NCBI RefSeq assembly: GCF_000143415.4
Contig: NW_003314425.1
Location: forward strand, 1-64,000
DNA from: Selaginella moellendorffii
Taxonomy: Eukaryota > Plantae > Lycopodiophyta
DNA: 64,000 nt
Direction: 5' to 3'
Part shown: one piece after another, positions 1 through 10,130 of the stretch
Layout of the letters: each line of letters starts with the position of its first letter
Numbering within the stretch: position 1 is the first letter of the stretch
Made by a program: the position numbers and the translations under genes
The notes under the pieces: generated by a model
Database searches by the model: none
The model's input: only the letters and a program-made list of their open reading frames with translations
Told to the model about the DNA's origin: nothing

Positions 1-17
1 TTAGGGTTTAGGGTTAG
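1..17 (+). repeat. Telomere-like (TTTAGGG) repeat remnant at window edge
   Basis: ttagggtttagggttag, about 2.5 units of the plant telomere repeat; it may continue upstream of the window. Confidence 0.5.
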
Positions 18-904
18 CAATTCAGTAGCTTGATAAACATGCAAATACAGAACTTGATGCAAAATCCTTGGATATGTCACAATGCCCTTAGGACCATAAA
101 CACATTTCAATAGAGAGGGTCCTTTCATTTCATAACTCCTTACGTAGATCTTGGTGAAACCAGAGTTAGTGAAGTTGGTTTCTTGTGATCCCGCATCTGA
201 TTGTGATGTCCCTTTGTAGTGTCGATGGAAAGGTCAATGCACACCAAACTGTAGAATCTTGGAGCAAAATAACGGTCGGATCTATGGCAAATGCCCCTGA
301 AACATTGTAAGGCTCGTGTGGTCTCATGTGGTGTCCGATCGAGATGCTTCTTTGCAGGGTCATCAAGAAGGACATTGTATACCATTCTGTAAAATCTAGT
401 TGCGATCTAACGGTTGGATCTCCAGGAAACTCAAAACAATCTCGCGCGTGTCAGAATATTCTAGGAATATACTCCTATGTGGCATGCGGCCCCACGCCAT
501 TCAAGAGATAACGCCAGATGACGCCGAGCATTTTTTGGTGCATTTTTTGGGATCAAAATTGCATGAGCCCACATGCTTGAACGTCACATCAAATCCTCTG
601 ACAATTTATTTAGCTGAACATCTGGCATTTTTGGAAATACAAGATGCTTTGGAATATCCAATCATGCATGGTATAAATATAGCGAGGGTATTAAATGATA
701 TCCCAATCATGATCTTTCTTTTGGATTTCGCGTGCATGCAGTCCGAGGAATGATGACGTTGCGGATTTCTTTTGGATTTCACGCATGCGCGCGCCGATCC
801 AGAAATTAATGGTGGCGCCCAAGTCCGAGAAATGATGACGTGGCGGGATTACCAACCGTCGTGACATTTCGCGCGTGTGAGGTTAGGTTTTGCATTTTGC
901 TTCG

Positions 905-1035
905 TACTCGCGCTCGCACACTCGCGCTCGCATCGCGCTCCCACTCGCGCTCGCATCGCGCTCCCACTCGCGCTCCCACTTCTCTACAGGTTTCTCGTGT
1001 GCATCGGCGTCCACTCGCGCTCGCATCGCGCTCGT
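905..1035 (+). repeat. GC/CpG-rich minisatellite-like array (CTCGCGCTCGCATCGCGCTCCCA-type units) upstream of the ParB-like gene
   Basis: Repeated ctcgcgctcgca(tcgcgctccca) units visible at about 908, 921, 944, 967 and 1014. Confidence 0.75.
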
Positions 1036-1253
1036 GTGCATCAGCGTCCACTTCAAGACACACCCAGTTTGTAACTTCGCCGCCAACTCCGCCGCCCACT
1101 CCGCCACCCACACGCAGCCCACTTGGCGTCCCGGGAGATTTCAGCGCCACTCTCCAACTGTAAGTGGCAGAGTAGCCTTGCTGCTACAATCCGCTGCACA
1201 CACAGTGCACATTCGCCAGCGAGTCCGGTTGTCACGCCTCCATTCGGCTTCAA

Positions 1254-4008
1254 ATGGTAAGTCTTTTAGGCCAAGTAGAAAATGGCATGAGGCCACATGC
1301 CATTCAGTAGCAACATTGGCATGCACCGATTGGGCTCTCGAGTGCAGTCCGGTTACAGATGGCGTGTAGCCTCACGCCATCTTAGGATGCAGCCTCAAGA
1401 CATCTGATGTAGTGGTGAATGGCGTGTGGCCTCACGTTATTTCCAGCTACTAGCTTTTCATCTGTCAGCTCTAATTGTTGTGCATTTCTGAACAGGCGAG
1501 GAATTGCGTTCTTCTTCCAGCCACTGTCAATGTGGATGCAGAGAAGGGGGAGGAGCTCACCAGTTGGACTTTCGGGATAGAAGGCGAGGATCTGAGGCTG
1601 TACAACACAGATGGTGGGAGAAAAGAATGCATGGGGATCCTCATCCAAGTGACAGACACTCCATGCAGTTCCATGCAAGAATATGGACTGGCACTTGTGG
1701 TAGAGACAGCGTCTGCCTTCAAGATCCACCTTGCACATCCTAGCGGCTTCCCGGAGGGGGGCAGCGGCTATGAGGAATTCCTAGAGGGAGCTAGGGAGAG
1801 GTTGTCCAGGAGGCCCACAATTTCAAAGACGCTGCGGGTCTATGAAGATCACATGGAATCCACGGACCTCACCTACGGCGATGTTCAAAAACTATATTCC
1901 AACATTGAGCCGTTGAGAGTGACTCCAGTTCGCGAAGCAAAGGGGAAGGGGGTCGATCTGGAAACTACCTCAAAGCAGAAAAGGGTGGTCAAGCTCAAGC
2001 CGACGTCCGACTCTCCTGCTCCAAAAAAGAAGCTACTCAGTGATGCCATTGCCTCGGGTTCGAACACTACACCCACCAAAAAGAAGAGCCGCAAAGAGCA
2101 GAAAGAGCAAGAAGAGGCAGCAAAAATCGTCGCAGATAATAGTACTTGTTACTATTCCAACAATGTATATACAATCGACGTGAGCCGTATCGACATCCAA
2201 AGCAAATACAACCACAGGCTAGTATCTGATGAGTGGGTGGAGAAACTGAAGCAGAAGATGCTGGCAAGTCCAGTAACACCCGACATCGCAGACGTGATCC
2301 CCTACTACCGAACAATGAAGGGCGAGACGAGGTTTCCAGACTTGATCAATAGGAAGGTGTTGGACGATCAGAACATCCGGTTCTATGCCGTCTCCGGGCA
2401 GCATTCTAGCTTGGCGATGCAAGAGATAGTTGTGGATATTATGGTGGGCGAGGAGGTGAAGAAAGTCTTCAAGACAAGAGTTGTCTGCCTGATAAAAGGC
2501 AACTCGCCCCTCCGATCTATCATATACATCTCCCACGCGCAGAATGTCAAGCAAGAAACGTGCTACAAATCGGGTCTGCACGAGACATTGGCACGAACAC
2601 GGAAGCTCTGGGTTCAACTGAAGAAGCCACAAAAACCAGGACAAGGACGTGCACTAGCAACTAGCGCCTGGCAGGTAAGCCTCGTTGCATGTGGCATAGC
2701 ATGTGGCCTCACGCCATTTCCATTGCAGGAATTCTCGAGTCTTCTCTCGAAAACACTGGGGGTCAATGACACACTCAGCATCCATAACATTCTACTCGCG
2801 ACAAAAGTTGTTTTTGACAAATGGGTAGATGTGCTGAGGAGGTACCATGACGGGGAGTTGCCAAACTCAATGGGTGTGGAGGACGGCCGGAAGCCCAATG
2901 ATTTGAAGCTCAACGCCTTGCGTTTCTCGCGGTCTCTAGACGACGACGACCTTCTGACAGTGGCTAATGCTCTTCTACGTGGTGAGGTTGTCTTCAACAA
3001 GACCAAAATGACTCCTGGCCATATTGTGACATACGAGGACTTGTGCACGACTCTGAGAGCTCGTGCGCTATTGAAGGATTGGATCTTCGAGCAAGTGGCC
3101 GTGGAGAGGGTGAGCATCGACACCACGCAAGAGATGATGGAAGCGCTGGAGTTGTCAAATGAAGACATCGACGAGTACGTGAAGGGGGCCCCCAAGTTCA
3201 TCGATCTGCTGCGGGATGCCACGAAAAGTAAAGCTGAGAAGTTGGATCAGTATCCAAATTTCATTAAGATTGATGTCGACCGCCGGCTTCAGAAACAGCT
3301 CGACCCCGCAGCAGAGGCCTATCGAGAACCTTACCGGGTATACTTGAATTCGGATGAGGATCAAAGGTGGAGGAGCATCGTTTCCCGCGGAGATGAGCAG
3401 GTCAAGAACATCTTTTGTGTGATGGACTTCACAAACGAGGAGATCACTCATGCAGACGAAGTCAGCTCCATCATTGACTTAATGGTGGGACTTGCGGAGG
3501 TGGAATCTTCAGTCCACTATATGATCTACGACTCCGAATCCTATCACAAGTTCTGGAAGGCCTTGAACGAGGTGAAGGCTCGGTTGAAAGGCAAGGAGAT
3601 GCGGGAGATCCATGGGATAATGGCTAAGAAGAAGATACCGACGAATGTCCGCATCTTCACACTCGCCCTTGTTATTGGTCCTGCAGCAGAGTGGGACTGG
3701 AGTGACTTCCCAGCTTCGTTCGACAAGGCCAATCGAATTGATCTGAGGGAGGTCAATTTACCCGTGCCTGAGGAACTGAAGACGGCTATGGAGCTTTCGA
3801 ATCCAAAGAAAGCTCCAGGTGCAGCATGGGAAATGCTCAGCTGGGTCTTCAACGCAATAGCGGGTGGGTCATCTGCTTCCGACTCCAAGGGCAAATGCGT
3901 TGTCGAGTACAACTGCGGCGGACTATTCTTTCGAGCCGCACTACTCAAGGGTGTCCCTTGTGTTGCGGTGACAAACTCCATTGAAGAGATGACTTCAATG
4001 GAGCATAT
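1254..4008 (+). CDS. Large protein with ParB/Sulfiredoxin-like domain and degenerate N6/N4 DNA-methyltransferase-like C-terminal module (3' end lost in N gap)
   Basis: ATG 1254-1256, then GT-AG intron 1257-1495 joining the long ORF in frame; second in-frame 54-bp GT-AG intron at 2675-2728. ParB-like pattern: TIDVSRI..HRLVSDEWVEKLKQKM..FYAVSGQHSSLAM..VVCL..HAQN. MTase-like order: IFCVMDFTN .. NPKKAP..LSWVF .. CVVEYNCGGLFFRAALLKGVPCVAV. Confidence 0.65.
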
Positions 4009-4898
4009 NNNNNNNNNNNNNNNNNNNNNNNNNNNNNNNNNNNNNNNNNNNNNNNNNNNNNNNNNNNNNNNNNNNNNNNNNNNNNNNNNNNNNNNNNNNN
4101 NNNNNNNNNNNNNNNNNNNNNNNNNNNNNNNNNNNNNNNNNNNNNNNNNNNNNNNNNNNNNNNNNNNNNNNNNNNNNNNNNNNNNNNNNNNNNNNNNNNN
4201 NNNNNNNNNNNNNNNNNNNNNNNNNNNNNNNNNNNNNNNNNNNNNNNNNNNNNNNNNNNNNNNNNNNNNNNNNNNNNNNNNNNNNNNNNNNNNNNNNNNN
4301 NNNNNNNNNNNNNNNNNNNNNNNNNNNNNNNNNNNNNNNNNNNNNNNNNNNNNNNNNNNNNNNNNNNNNNNNNNNNNNNNNNNNNNNNNNNNNNNNNNNN
4401 NNNNNNNNNNNNNNNNNNNNNNNNNNNNNNNNNNNNNNNNNNNNNNNNNNNNNNNNNNNNNNNNNNNNNNNNNNNNNNNNNNNNNNNNNNNNNNNNNNNN
4501 NNNNNNNNNNNNNNNNNNNNNNNNNNNNNNNNNNNNNNNNNNNNNNNNNNNNNNNNNNNNNNNNNNNNNNNNNNNNNNNNNNNNNNNNNNNNNNNNNNNN
4601 NNNNNNNNNNNNNNNNNNNNNNNNNNNNNNNNNNNNNNNNNNNNNNNNNNNNNNNNNNNNNNNNNNNNNNNNNNNNNNNNNNNNNNNNNNNNNNNNNNNN
4701 NNNNNNNNNNNNNNNNNNNNNNNNNNNNNNNNNNNNNNNNNNNNNNNNNNNNNNNNNNNNNNNNNNNNNNNNNNNNNNNNNNNNNNNNNNNNNNNNNNNN
4801 NNNNNNNNNNNNNNNNNNNNNNNNNNNNNNNNNNNNNNNNNNNNNNNNNNNNNNNNNNNNNNNNNNNNNNNNNNNNNNNNNNNNNNNNNNNNNNNNNN
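4009..4898. other. Assembly gap (run of N)
   Basis: 890 consecutive N. Confidence 1.
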
Positions 4899-4913
4899 GA
4901 TTTACAACTCTAG

Positions 4914-6570
4914 CCTTTAGTGTCGAGGAAGGATAGTGCCAAGCAAGGGTCGAAACGTATGTCCAATCCTTCAGAATCAGCAGTGCGCTCAAGTGATATC
5001 GGTCCTAGTTCCTCAATAGCAGTTGATGGTAAATACAGTATAGTCGATTCAATGTGCTAATGAGTTTGTTTTTAGTAGCACGGGAGGATACCATCTCAAT
5101 CGAAGGGAGATATTTGGACATGCATATGGATCCGCCAGTGGACTCTACTTGGCTGCAAGAGTCATCAGAGCTGGTGGAGGCTACTATCCATATCAACGCC
5201 AAGCAAGCTGACCACGCTCCACTTGATGCTGCCCATACCACTGAGTCAATCTTGTCCACGTATCCAACTGACGGTGACCAGGCGCCATTGGACCCACATG
5301 AGGCCGCCCCAGCCGCCGAGCCGGTCGTATCCTCATTTCCAATGGACTCAACGTGTGCCCAATCGTCTGACTATGCGCCGTTGGAACCTCCCTACACCTC
5401 CCCTGCTGCTTGTTCGGTCATGTCCACTTTGCCAACGGAGGCACCAGCTGAAATGGCGTGTGATCACACGCCATCGGAACCACCCCATGCCACTGTTGAG
5501 CCAGTTGTACCAGAGTCTACAGCTGAAATGGCATGTGCCCACACGCCATCGGATGCGATTGACCCCACATTGCAGAGGAGAGTATTTCCGCCCTTCACGT
5601 TTCCTCGACCAAAACCCTCTCAACGACCATCGGGAGCAACATTCGCTAATATTGTAGATGGTAAAATTGACTTGTACCATTTTTTATGCTGACGCATTTC
5701 ATTTCAGAGTCACGGCGAAGGTACTGTATCGTTTTTGATCTGAACGGTGTCCTTTTCTCCCATGAGCGTGGCTCGTCCTCGAATGTCATTGCACCCTCCA
5801 AAGCCTGCGGTCGCAAGTTGGTCAAAAGAGACAGATTCACATTAATCACACGGGAGAAACTGCGGGATCTAATAATGACCATGCGACACTTAAAACAGAG
5901 GGCCGGGTTCAATTTGCAATTGGGAGTTTGGACATCCATGATGCGCCACAATGCATTAACGTTGCTACAGATGATGCACGATCAGACGCGAGTAATATTA
6001 CCATTTGACTTTCTCCTAACGCAGGAGGATTGCTTGACTATGGTCCATGTGAGGGGTAGCAAGCCCATCTTCGTCAAGCCAGAGGCTGTAGTGATGAACC
6101 GGACTGCTAGCTCAAGTGAAATCCTCATCATCGATGACTCGCCGATTAAAACTGCAGCGAACACGCACACATATGCAGTGCACCCCATCTCTTGCAGTAT
6201 GGAAACTAGGGAGAAGAAACCGTATGTTCTGGGGGACCTTGCAAAACGGCTTGGAGCGATGGTGATAGAGAACCGGCCAGTCCAGGAGGTGGCTGCAGAA
6301 ATCAACCAAATGGCAGATGGAACGGTATATCAGAAGCCATTTGATCGGACAGACACCAGTCATCATTTATGGTATGTATATTGTCTAGCCAAGCACTATC
6401 CGCATCTCCATAATCTGCTCAACCGGATGGGTTCTTCGACCACTGAACATGAGCGTGGACGTATTAGAGAAGAGATGGCATTACTATTGAGTTTAAATCC
6501 TGATAGTGTGGAGAGTGATGAAATTCCAAGATTATTGTATAGGCGTTGGAGGCAAAAAATAACAGTCTGA
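4914..6570 (+). CDS. Spliced 3' coding region: Pro/Ser/acidic repeat linker plus plant FCP1-homology (NIF/HAD) phosphatase-like domain
   Basis: Introns 5029-5075/5078 and 5661-5707 (GT..gctgac..ttcAG) join the 5054 and 5686 ORFs in phase (G|AG = Glu). HAD motifs: CIVFDLNGVLF, LGVWTSM, TQEDC, KPIFVK, ILIIDDSPIK. The 5' end lies in the gap. Confidence 0.75.
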
Positions 6571-6949
6571 GATGGCATGTATTTATTTAAAAATGTAACT
6601 TATTATGGCATGGTGTTCCATGCAATTGTATTAATATTAAAAGACAATTCTTTGAGAGGATTTGCATTATACTAGAAGTGTTACAGCATGTTATTGGAAG
6701 TCTACGAAGTTGTTTTATTAATAATGGGAAAGTAAAGATTGAATGGGGACTTGGGCTCCACCTAGACTCGGAGCAACTGAGCCAATATTAAAAGGATGGA
6801 AAGAAATTGGACGACGATGACAAGGAGAAGAGAGAGGTGAAGCAGTGGCAGGGGGAGGAGAAGTGATTGAGTAGACATTTCCTTGTTTAAAATAAAATGG
6901 CATGTGCCTCAATGCAGTTGAATTTTGTTATATTTATATACTATATAAA

Positions 6950-8817
6950 GGTTTGGAAACCTTATTTTACAAGTGGGATAATGACAATTCCCACTTTAAC
7001 GAAATAGAGCTTCATTGGAAAAGAATGAGAAAATTTGTGGAAAATTTTTCATCCTAGAGAAAGAATAACTCTTAGTCTAGGAATGCAAACTTTCAAGACT
7101 CAACCAACTTCCTCCTACTAACAACTTCACATAGGTTCACCTCAACACAAATTCTTATGACCCATAATATGCTTAAGCCTCGAACATCTTTACCCATCTA
7201 ACCGATATTTAACACCGACATCCGCAAAGTACAAAATGAACATCCAAGGCTTGATCACGAAGACCACATCTTCGGATATTCACATTGCACTAACACTCTT
7301 CTTCAACCACCTTCAAGATCCAATGTGAAGCCAAAACACTAACAAGAAAAATGACATGGAAAATCAAGCTCTAAGGAAACTTCCTCATCATTTGAAATAA
7401 CAATGCCACCTCCACTAACACAAGTGCTAGTGATGTCAATGCCCCAACTACACATCTTCTCCATCCAACAATCTACTCCAAGTGCTAACGGATCAACAAA
7501 CAAGCCATAGCAAATGAATGCTATAACCCTTTTCCAACATCTTAATGGGCGAACTCTAGGAAACAAGGTACCTACTTAAGCTTAGCATAATGAACCACCA
7601 TTGAGAATCCAGTCAAAGCTACTACAATGCTACTTCGTGCAAGTAGACTAGCTTCTCCATCAACCACTTTGGGGTTGATCATCATTTAACCAAGCAACTT
7701 CGTAAACACATTGCTCATTATCACATGGATATGATATAGAAATCACAATGACTTGATCATCGATTGAGCAACACCACAAGCAATGCCAATGTCATTACTT
7801 CAAAGGTTTATGTGAGTATCAAGTGCCAACTCAATTCAACAAAATGCAACATAAATGCCACACTCCACCAATAGAGATTTACAACACCCAACATCACTAA
7901 CTTTTGTTCACAACATGGACAAGCTCATGCCACTCTCTTTCCGACCAAACTCAACACTAATCCAACACCAAGCTACTCAAGGAGCAATAGCAAGGTTCCC
8001 CGGAAAAGAGTTAAGCATTGCAACCCCAGTCTTCCATAGCAAGCCTAGACAAAATGGTATAGCACTTCACCACTATCCATCTCACAACTCACCATTGTAA
8101 GACCACCATCTCCAACATGCATCAAGGTAGGGACTCTTGATTGCATAATGTGAACACGAGCAATGAGTCACACCTCGTTGCAAATCATCTCTCCAAAAAG
8201 AAAACATGATTTACGTATTTGATCCTCCGTCCCCGATGACTCTCTTTTCGGTCTCATCTTTGACCAAACCTCAAGCTTGCTTTCGCACTGCCTTCAGTTC
8301 AATCGAAGAAAAGTTTATAAAAGAGCACGGCCATGGCTACTTGAACCAATAGACTAATCCCTATAGTCTTGATTGATCCACTTATAATCATGCCTAGGAA
8401 AGATCCACTAGTTCCGTGCTAAACAGCTACGGACCAGCCTATTTGCCACTCACAGCAAACCCAGGGAAAGTTTACTTTCACCCATGGTACATAGAACAAC
8501 TCATGGAACTACCGATAGGCTTACATTAATCCTGCCAACTCAAAGTATATCTTTGAGTTGCTAATGTGCCTCACTCACGAGCCCAAGTGAAAACTCGTGC
8601 TACAGGTACACCTCAAATCCATCCTATGAGCCCAAGAGCAAGCTCACATAATTACGGTACAAGAAGGTAACTAAATCCATACCCAAGGAACGATTGCGAA
8701 GTCTTTGCACCAAAACGTGTACCCACTCAGATCATCATTTTCATCTCTGCGTACGCAACGAGACTAATTGCCCAATCTCATTGAATAGTACTCGCTGAGA
8801 CTCATTCTCTGATACCA
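6950..8817 (-). mobile_element. Decayed internal (leader/gag-like) region of an LTR retrotransposon
   Basis: Lies directly downstream (minus strand) of a PBS; only broken ORFs remain. The lower boundary is approximate. Confidence 0.45.
8807..8817 (-). promoter_or_regulatory. Primer binding site (tRNA-iMet) of LTR retrotransposon
   Basis: Plus strand ctctgatacca reads TGGTATCAGAG on the minus strand, 2 nt from a TG (CA on minus) LTR terminus at 8820-8821. Confidence 0.8.
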
Positions 8818-8819
8818 AA

Positions 8820-10130
8820 TGTAGCGCATGTGGTTTTGACCCTTTATCCTATGGTGATTTACCATAGGATAACACCACGAAGCGGAACCTAAACCCTCTT
8901 TGTGCCACATGACAGATGCCACGTGTCACATGCCATGTGTCCATAGGAACCCGAGGTTCAGGGCCTTGGGCCGCTGAACGAAGGAATGGTGCCAAACTCC
9001 CAAGCATGGGGCCAAGGAGTGATAGAACCGAACCACGGAGCAACTCCCGAGCATACATCCCAAGGAGCGAAGGGACAGGGGCTCGGAGCGACGACTTGGA
9101 ACAGTCCTGGAGCAACCAGCATCCCAATGCCAGGACTAGCACGCAAAACGGAGCCAAACGAAGTCTGGCGCTATTTCGGCATACCGGTGGCCTAACGCGA
9201 GGATATGGGTACTCCACCAGCTAGCATGGAATGGAACTTGGGCTTAGACCCAAGCTGGACGCAGAACAAGGACAGGCACGCAAGCGAGAGCTAGACTATG
9301 CCTCAGGTTGGTCGGCCATGCCCGACCTACCCACTATCCCTACTATACATTTAGAAACCCCCATATCCCCCCCCCTTGAGGAACACATGCTTTGGGCTTT
9401 CACCCCAAGCCTCCCTTAGTACCAGGAGTTAGTCTCTGGGACAAGCTCAAAACTTACTAAATATGGAATGTCCTTAAATTGCAAATTTGGACACGGGACG
9501 AACACCATTGTGTTCAGGACAATCTCTACATTCCGTAGATATGCCAAATGAGCAAATCTAGACACTTTCCATAAATAGCATCTGGGACGAATTGAGACTA
9601 ACACAAAGGGCATGATAGCGAGGGTGTTTGGCAGACACGGTAAGCTATCATCTAGCGATGTTGAGGGACCAATCTCAATATCGCGGGGGTTCTTGATACT
9701 AGCAAGTGCAAGCCAATGACTCAAGTTTCTCAAACCAGGCCGAGTATGCTCAGCAAGAAACACATAGGGTTCCTACCTTATGTTTATCCAATCTAAGTGC
9801 ATGGTCATTGACCAATTTCTCAACTAGCTCAAGTGGGAACTGATAACGGGTCCAGCAATACCGACCTCCTGCCATCGCAGCAGTAAGGTAAGAGTGTCCG
9901 TAAGGACTGGTCGACAAGTAACTTTCGATACCCGAAGTCACATTCGCGACACCAACATTGCCATTGAGTCATGGGTAAAAGGCCCGACCACTATGTCCCA
10001 CTAACTTCTAGGACTTCCTCACCATGTGACTATACCTTTAGTCACTATGCAAGAGAATTATTCCTCTTCCTTTTTACAATCTAGGGCTTTATTATAACAT
10101 TTCGAAATATCGTAGCACCTCGTAGTACTC
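8820..10130 (-). mobile_element. Probable 5' LTR of the minus-strand retroelement (far boundary uncertain)
   Basis: Begins tgtagc adjacent to the PBS; non-coding and of moderate GC; no partner LTR seen in the window. Confidence 0.4.

Noticed and set aside
806-1369. Overlapping Arg/Ser/Ala-rich ORFs on both strands
   Set aside because: By-products of the GC-rich repeat array; no recognisable domain
1475-4936. 1153-aa ORF (and the 482-aa antisense ORF 3544-4992) from the ORF track
   Set aside because: The length is an artefact of reading through 890 Ns; the real gene is spliced and its extent across the gap is unknown
479-6918. Palindromes interpreted as a CRISPR-like array
   Set aside because: Irregular spacing (tens of bp to kb), located in introns and exons, no cas genes, eukaryotic context
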